From: Candidatus Acidiferrum sp.
GTDB taxonomy: Bacteria > Acidobacteriota > Terriglobia > Acidiferrales > UBA7541
Direction of reading: 5' to 3'
Assembly (NCBI GenBank): GCA_035280065.1
Contig: DATEGO010000059.1
Span: 16,888-80,887, forward strand
DNA: 64,000 nucleotides
Below, in pieces: positions 58,637 through 64,000 of the stretch. The notes beneath the pieces were generated by a model. That model did no database searches, was not told the origin of the DNA, and was given only the letters and a program-made list of their open reading frames with translations. The translations under genes were made by a program, and so were the position numbers. Position 1 is the first letter of the stretch. Each line of letters starts with the position of its first letter.

Positions 58637-61600
58637 ATGGGGTCTCTTCGCCAAGCTTTGTCGCTCATTCTCTCCGGCCTCGTGCTTTTCTCGCAAGCCC
58701 TCGCCCAAGCGCAAACGCCAGCCTCACCGCCGAAGCAGGCCCCTTCCCAGAAGGTACATCCCGACCTCAAGCGAGCGCGCCGAGCGGCGGAGCGAGGTGA
58801 AAAAGCCGAATCCATAGGCCGTCTTGACGAGGCCTTGCGTGCCTACGAGGAGGCCGCGCGCTACGTTCCCCGGGACATGGCCTACGCGACGCGAGTGGCA
58901 GGTCTGCAATCCAAGTTGGTTCGTTCCTATGCGGATGCCGCGGAGCGCGACGCTTTAGCCAGCCGCTTTGACCAAGCAACGGAAGATCTTGGCGCCGCAT
59001 TGGCTATCGACCCGGCAAACGCTATCGTCCTGGAGCGATTGCGCGAGATAAAAAGCATGGGTAACGAGACCGGACCAAGGGTCGCGGCAGCTATTCCAGG
59101 ATTGCCTCAGTTGAAGCCGCAAGCGGGAAAGCGCAGTCTCGACCTGCGCGGAGACACGAAGACCGTTTACGAGCAACTGGCAAGCATTTTTGGCCTCAGG
59201 GTCACTTTTGACCCCGACCTGATCGTTAGAAACGTGCGTTTGAATATCGAAGACGTAGATTTTCAGAACGCGGTGAAAGTTCTCGCTGCGCAAACCGGTA
59301 CGTTCTGGCGCCCGGTAAACGCTGCGTTGATGTTTGTCGCCGCGGATACGCCGGAAAAACGCAGGCAGTTCGATTTGCAAGCGGAGCAGACTTTTCCCCT
59401 TTCTTCCGCCATCAGTTCCGAGGACGCTACGGAAGTTTTGCGCATCCTGCGTGAAATCACGGGTGCTCCACACATTGACCTCGACACGCGCACGCACAGC
59501 ATCACTATGCGCGATACTCCGGAGCGGCTGGCTCTCACCGGCGCGCTGATTCAGCAGATGGAAAGAGCGCGCGGCGAATTGATGCTCGAAATTGAACTGC
59601 TGGAAGTCGACAAGAACACCGCAAGGAAACTCGGAGTTGAACCTCCCACTAGTCACCGACTAATCGCCCTCCCCCCCAATTTGCTCAGCCAGTTGACTCA
59701 GGCAGGCAATGTGACAGCGCTCCAGACGCTCCTTGCCGGAATTTTTGGAAGCGCAGTAAGTGGAGGGTCCTCATCGGTCAGTTCGCTCATTCCGCCAATC
59801 GTGGCCGTTGGGGGCGGCAAAACCACGTTTCTTCTGACTCTTCCTTCCGCCGCTGTGGACTTTTCGGATGCTCTCTCACTCGTACAGAGCGGCCGCCAGG
59901 TTCTTTTGCGTGCGCAGGACGGAAAGCCCGCCACTTTCTTTGTTGGCCAGCGATTCCCCATTACCCTTTCTCTGCTTTCCGGTAGCGTGGGAACGACCGC
60001 CTTTACTCCCAATCCAGGAGGCGCGAGCAATCCATTCCCTAGCACTTCCTTCGCAGCTGGGAAAGGACCGGCCTCTCTTGTGGCTGCCGATTTTCTGAAT
60101 AACGGTTCGTTGGACATCGCCGCGGTCAACGAAATCGATAATTCCGTCACGCTTCTGCTGAACCAGAACAGCAGTCAGGGAACATTCGCTGAGGCCACGG
60201 GTTCTCCCATTTCACTGGGCTCTGCCCGCGCCGCGGCGCCGGCCACACACCCCGGAATCGCCTCGGCGACATTCACAAACAGTGGATGCCACGACTTGGT
60301 TGTCAGTGATCCGCTTGCGAACCAGGTGGACGTGCTCCTCAGCAATTGCGACGGTACCTTTCAGAAACCAGTGGCAATTCCCGCCGGCTCCAATCCCACA
60401 GCAGTAGCCACAGGGGACTTCAATGGTGACGGCAAACAGGACTTCGCCGTGGTCAACCAGAACGACAATTCAGTTTCCATTTTTCTTGGCGACGGCACGG
60501 GGAAATTCACTGCCGCGACCGGTTCGCCCTTCGTTCCCGCGAGGCAACTCGTCATCACTTCTACATCTCTCCTGGATGGTGTTCTGAACAGCGCTTACAA
60601 CGCCACACTGCAATCCATTGGAGGAATTGGAGCGGTAACCTGGAGCCTCACAACGGGAACCCTACCTGCGGGCCTGACTCTGAATCCCAGCACGGGAGCC
60701 ATTACCGGCACGCCCACCGCAGCAGGAACCTCCGCTATCACGGTCAACGCGATTGATTCCGCCAGTCCTCCGAATTCCGCCACTATCGCAGTCAGCATCA
60801 CTGTCAACACCAGCGCGCCCGCATTTGCCATTTCGACGGCGTCGCTTCCCAACGGAACAATCGGCGTGCCATACGATCAGATTCTTACGGCCACTGGAGG
60901 GACTGCTCCATTTACGTGGACCGTTTCGTCGGGTTCCCTTCCTGCTGGATTGACTTTGAGTCCCACCGGCGAAATTACGGGAACTCCCACTTCCACCGCG
61001 ACAACGCCGCCAAGTTTTACGTTCACCGTGACCACGACGGACTCCAGCGCCACACCTTTAACGGCACAAAAGCAGTTCACTTTGACCCCGATCCCTGCTA
61101 CGGCTGCAGCGCGTGGCCCCGTAGCGATCGTCCAGCACGATTTCAATGCCGATGGCAATCAAGACTTGGCTATCGTAAATCAAGCAACGAACAACGTGAC
61201 GATCCTCCTGGGAAAAGGCGACGGCACTTTCACCGAAGCTACCGGCTCGCCGATTTCGTCGGGCAACGGGCCCGTGGCGATCGCGGCCGGCGACTTAAAC
61301 GGCGATTCAAAACCGGATTTGGCCGTTGTGAATCAAACGGACAATACAGTCAGCGTGTTGCTGAACAACGGTGACGCAACTTTCGCAGCCAGCGCAAGCT
61401 CACCTCTTCAAACAGGGGCGGGGACTTCACCCAACGGCGTCGCCATCGCGGACTTCAATCAAGACGGACTTGCGGATATCGCTGTGACCAACAGCGGAGC
61501 CAATAGCTTCAGCGTGTTCGCGGGAATTTCAGCAGGTCTGTTCAGCCTAGCTTTCCAGCCGCCTGCCGGCCCAACCGGTTCCACGCCGACCGCTATCATT

Positions 61601-62308
61601 GCAGGAACTTTCGCGACAGGCGGCTTTCCCGACGTCGCGATCACGAATGACGTCCCCGGGGCGGCCGGCGATGTCACCGTGATTCTCAGCCCAGCCAGCC
61701 TGTTTGCCAACGGTGTCGCCCGCGGAGTCCAGCAGCAGCCCTACCCCGGTTCGGAATACGTGGACCTTGGAGTGAAAATCAAAGCGACGCCGACGCTTCA
61801 TTCGAATTCGGAAGTGACCCTGCAATTAGAATTTGAAATTCGCGCGCTTGCGGGAAGCGCCGTCAACGGCATTCCCGTCCTTTCGAATCGCACGCTTTCA
61901 CAAACGGTGCGAGTGAAGGAAAACGAGCCAACGCTGATTACAGGCATGACGGACACGGAAGAGACCCGCTCCATTGCGGGTCTGCCGGGTTTCGCAGAGG
62001 TTCCCACGCTGAGATATGCGTTTAGTTCAAAGAGCCACACTTTTCAGGACACCGAGCTTCTCATCGTGATTACCCCACGCAGGCTTCGCTTGGCGGATCA
62101 TCTTACGCGGACTCTCTACGCGGGCCGTGGCGACGTTGGTCGCGGTGGGGCAGGTGCGGGATTCCGGGGAACTCCAACGCCAACGCCGCCGCAACCTCAG
62201 CCGCAACCCGAGCCACCGCTCCAGCAGCCTCAGCCGCGGCCTGAGCAGCCTCAACAGCAACCGCCTCAACCCCAACAACCGAAGCAACAGCCCGGTACTC
62301 ATCGATGA
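58637..62308 (+). CDS. Secretin (GspD/PilQ superfamily) with TPR-like N-terminus and inserted FG-GAP propeller plus two He_PIG Ig-like domains
   Basis: Signal peptide; N-domains (ITMRDTPERL); core motifs LMLEIELLEV...LGV, LRAQDGKPATFFVGQRFP, YVDLGVKIKATP, GIPVLSNR...VRVKENE...ITG, LPGFAEVP.L..AF, TELLIVITP; P/Q-rich tail. Confidence 0.85.
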   Translation: MGSLRQALSLILSGLVLFSQALAQAQTPASPPKQAPSQKVHPDLKRARRAAERGEKAESIGRLDEALRAYEEAARYVPRDMAYATRVAGLQSKLVRSYADAAERDALASRFDQATEDLGAALAIDPANAIVLERLREIKSMGNETGPRVAAAIPGLPQLKPQAGKRSLDLRGDTKTVYEQLASIFGLRVTFDPDLIVRNVRLNIEDVDFQNAVKVLAAQTGTFWRPVNAALMFVAADTPEKRRQFDLQAEQTFPLSSAISSEDATEVLRILREITGAPHIDLDTRTHSITMRDTPERLALTGALIQQMERARGELMLEIELLEVDKNTARKLGVEPPTSHRLIALPPNLLSQLTQAGNVTALQTLLAGIFGSAVSGGSSSVSSLIPPIVAVGGGKTTFLLTLPSAAVDFSDALSLVQSGRQVLLRAQDGKPATFFVGQRFPITLSLLSGSVGTTAFTPNPGGASNPFPSTSFAAGKGPASLVAADFLNNGSLDIAAVNEIDNSVTLLLNQNSSQGTFAEATGSPISLGSARAAAPATHPGIASATFTNSGCHDLVVSDPLANQVDVLLSNCDGTFQKPVAIPAGSNPTAVATGDFNGDGKQDFAVVNQNDNSVSIFLGDGTGKFTAATGSPFVPARQLVITSTSLLDGVLNSAYNATLQSIGGIGAVTWSLTTGTLPAGLTLNPSTGAITGTPTAAGTSAITVNAIDSASPPNSATIAVSITVNTSAPAFAISTASLPNGTIGVPYDQILTATGGTAPFTWTVSSGSLPAGLTLSPTGEITGTPTSTATTPPSFTFTVTTTDSSATPLTAQKQFTLTPIPATAAARGPVAIVQHDFNADGNQDLAIVNQATNNVTILLGKGDGTFTEATGSPISSGNGPVAIAAGDLNGDSKPDLAVVNQTDNTVSVLLNNGDATFAASASSPLQTGAGTSPNGVAIADFNQDGLADIAVTNSGANSFSVFAGISAGLFSLAFQPPAGPTGSTPTAIIAGTFATGGFPDVAITNDVPGAAGDVTVILSPASLFANGVARGVQQQPYPGSEYVDLGVKIKATPTLHSNSEVTLQLEFEIRALAGSAVNGIPVLSNRTLSQTVRVKENEPTLITGMTDTEETRSIAGLPGFAEVPTLRYAFSSKSHTFQDTELLIVITPRRLRLADHLTRTLYAGRGDVGRGGAGAGFRGTPTPTPPQPQPQPEPPLQQPQPRPEQPQQQPPQPQQPKQQPGTHR

Positions 62309-62322
62309 TTTTGGAGGGCTGC

Positions 62323-63297
62323 CTACGGCAATGGTTCAAACACGACGAGTGGCTGATAGGTTCGCGGCACGACCCCTTCGGCAATGGCTATTAACTTCTC
62401 CTGCTGATTGAACACACGCAGATGCGGCGCCATCGGCGGCCCGCCATCGAGTTCGGTCGTTGCACCGGGAGGAGGCTCGATGCGTCCGGGCTGCAATTGC
62501 GAAACAGAAATATTGAATTTCGAGCCGTGCCGCACGCGTTTTTCGACCACCGGCAAAACATTGATGCGCGGAAAATTGGGCAGCAGGTTTTCGAGCTTGA
62601 TCAAGCAGTTTGCGAATCGGCCTGCTCTGCTTGCTTCCGCGAGCTCCTCGAGAGCGATGGCTTGTTCCAGGGAAAATTCTCCTACCGCAGTGCGCGTGAT
62701 TTCTGCGAGGTGTGCGCCGCAACCCAGCTTCTGCCCCATTTCGTGTGCCAGTGAACGAATATACGTCCCGGAAGAACATTCGATGACAAACCGCGCGACA
62801 GCGCCTTCGATTTCAGTCAGCTTGTACTCGTAGATCTCTACCTGGACGGGCTTCAATTCCACTTCTTGTTTTTTTCGCGCGAGTTCGTAGGCTGGGCGGC
62901 CTCCTACTTTCTTTGCGGAAAACGCCGGTGGCATTTGCTCAAATTGCCCAATGCGTTCCGCGGCGAGCCGCTCGAGCGCCGCAGCATCAAGAGCCATCGG
63001 CACATTGGCGCCTTGCGCCTCGCCGTCGGAGTCGTATGTGTCCGTTGCAAATCCGAAGCGGTAACCTGCCGTATAACGCTTCCTCCTGCCGGAATAGAAG
63101 CGCACTAGCCGCGTGGCCCGGCCCAGCAGCAGAGCAAGAACGCCCGTTGCCAGGGGATCTAGAGTTCCTAAATGTCCAATCTGCCGGAAACCCGCCAGGT
63201 GGCGCACCGCATCCACAACATCGTGCGATGTCTTCCCCTTGGGCTTGTTGATGACGAGCGCGCCGTCAAACGGCGCCGGTTGTGGCTGGCGCGGCAT
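62323..63297 (-). CDS. truB: tRNA pseudouridine(55) synthase
   Basis: KPKGKTSHDVV, GHLGTLDPLATG, TDTYD, PPAFSAKK, CSSGTYIRSLA. Confidence 0.95.
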   Translation of the reverse strand: MPRQPQPAPFDGALVINKPKGKTSHDVVDAVRHLAGFRQIGHLGTLDPLATGVLALLLGRATRLVRFYSGRRKRYTAGYRFGFATDTYDSDGEAQGANVPMALDAAALERLAAERIGQFEQMPPAFSAKKVGGRPAYELARKKQEVELKPVQVEIYEYKLTEIEGAVARFVIECSSGTYIRSLAHEMGQKLGCGAHLAEITRTAVGEFSLEQAIALEELAEASRAGRFANCLIKLENLLPNFPRINVLPVVEKRVRHGSKFNISVSQLQPGRIEPPPGATTELDGGPPMAPHLRVFNQQEKLIAIAEGVVPRTYQPLVVFEPLP

Positions 63298-63310
63298 GAA
63301 ATTAATTCTT

Positions 63311-63474
63311 AGTCGTAGGTTTTAAGTTGTCAGTAAGAACCGCCACAATCCAAAATTCGCAGGTGCTACAACCGAGGGACGCCTCATACGAGACTGCACC
63401 TACGAATTAGAACAGTTTTCTCCGTTGTTTCTTGGCATGCCCCACTAAGAACTTATGACTTACAACTTAGAACT
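63311..63474. repeat. Inverted pair of heptamer tandem arrays between rbfA and truB
   Basis: AGTCGTAGGTTTTAAGTTGTCAGT ... ACTTATGACTTACAACTTAGAACT. Confidence 0.65.
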
Positions 63475-63483
63475 GCAAATGGA

Positions 63484-63927
63484 CTATCGGGAAGTCTTCT
63501 TCTTCGTGGACGGCTTGCCCTTCTTCGATTTGCTGCGCGCCGGGTCGCGTTTCTTGATCTCCACGGGCACAGCTTCGCCTTTCTTCACTTCTCTCAGCAG
63601 TTGCTCGATGCGCTCCACGCGCTCCTCGGACGTGTCCAGCGCAAAGTGCAATTCCGGCAGTCGGCGAAGCTGCAAACGCTCAACAAGTTCGTGACGAATG
63701 AAGCCGGCCGCGTGCTCCAGAGCCTTGATCGCGTCAGCTTGCTCCTCGGTCGTGCCTTTCACGCTGATGAACACGCGTGCATGCTTCATATCCGGCTGCA
63801 CACGGACTTCGCTCGCGATAACATTGCCTTCCAGCCGTGGATCCTTTAATTCTCCCGCCAGCATGGCGTTGATTTCGTGGGCGATTTCTTCTCCAACACG
63901 TTCATGACGATGATTCGTGGAACTCAT
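63484..63927 (-). CDS. rbfA: Ribosome-binding factor A
   Basis: RHERVGEEI, ELKDPRL, DMKHARVFIS, LQLRRLPELHF; upstream of truB. Confidence 0.93.
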   Translation of the reverse strand: MSSTNHRHERVGEEIAHEINAMLAGELKDPRLEGNVIASEVRVQPDMKHARVFISVKGTTEEQADAIKALEHAAGFIRHELVERLQLRRLPELHFALDTSEERVERIEQLLREVKKGEAVPVEIKKRDPARSKSKKGKPSTKKKTSR

Positions 63928-64000
63928 CTACGTACTTTGCGATGCACCTTAGATTATTTCAACCGCTTGGTTGATTAAAATCGAGCCAAGAATGCCGTCC

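Overview
This 64 kb window is GC-rich bacterial chromosome. Gene content and style suggest an Acidobacteriota (Terriglobia-like) genome; this is an inference. Most of it is housekeeping and metabolic genes: LPS glycosyltransferases, a GGDEF/PilZ pair, a cysM-mec-cysO-moeZ sulfur-carrier operon, mqnD, ggt, asnS, arginase, ddl, heptose kinase, egtB/egtD beside a betaine-type ABC importer, GH57, trxB, proline dehydrogenase, mscL, an FTR1/DUF2318 iron-uptake operon, truB and rbfA. It also holds two isolated pseudogene remnants and a decayed ~2.5 kb integrase island. The most unusual observations are four. (1) An orphan 1223-aa secretin has a complete 7-blade FG-GAP propeller, itself interrupted by two Ig-like domains, inserted into the inner-gate hairpin of the secretin core. 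(2) A CysO-like sulfur carrier ends GG-Cys-Cys-Cys, and those Cys codons can base-pair with the RBS and AUG of the downstream moeZ, suggesting cysteine-sensing translational control. (3) The iron-uptake ABC ATPase is fused to a DtxR-type metal-binding domain that has lost its DNA-binding helix. (4) A fungal-Egt1-like sulfoxide synthase is divergently paired with a candidate ergothioneine importer. All calls come from reading motifs by eye; no database searches or folding programs were run.
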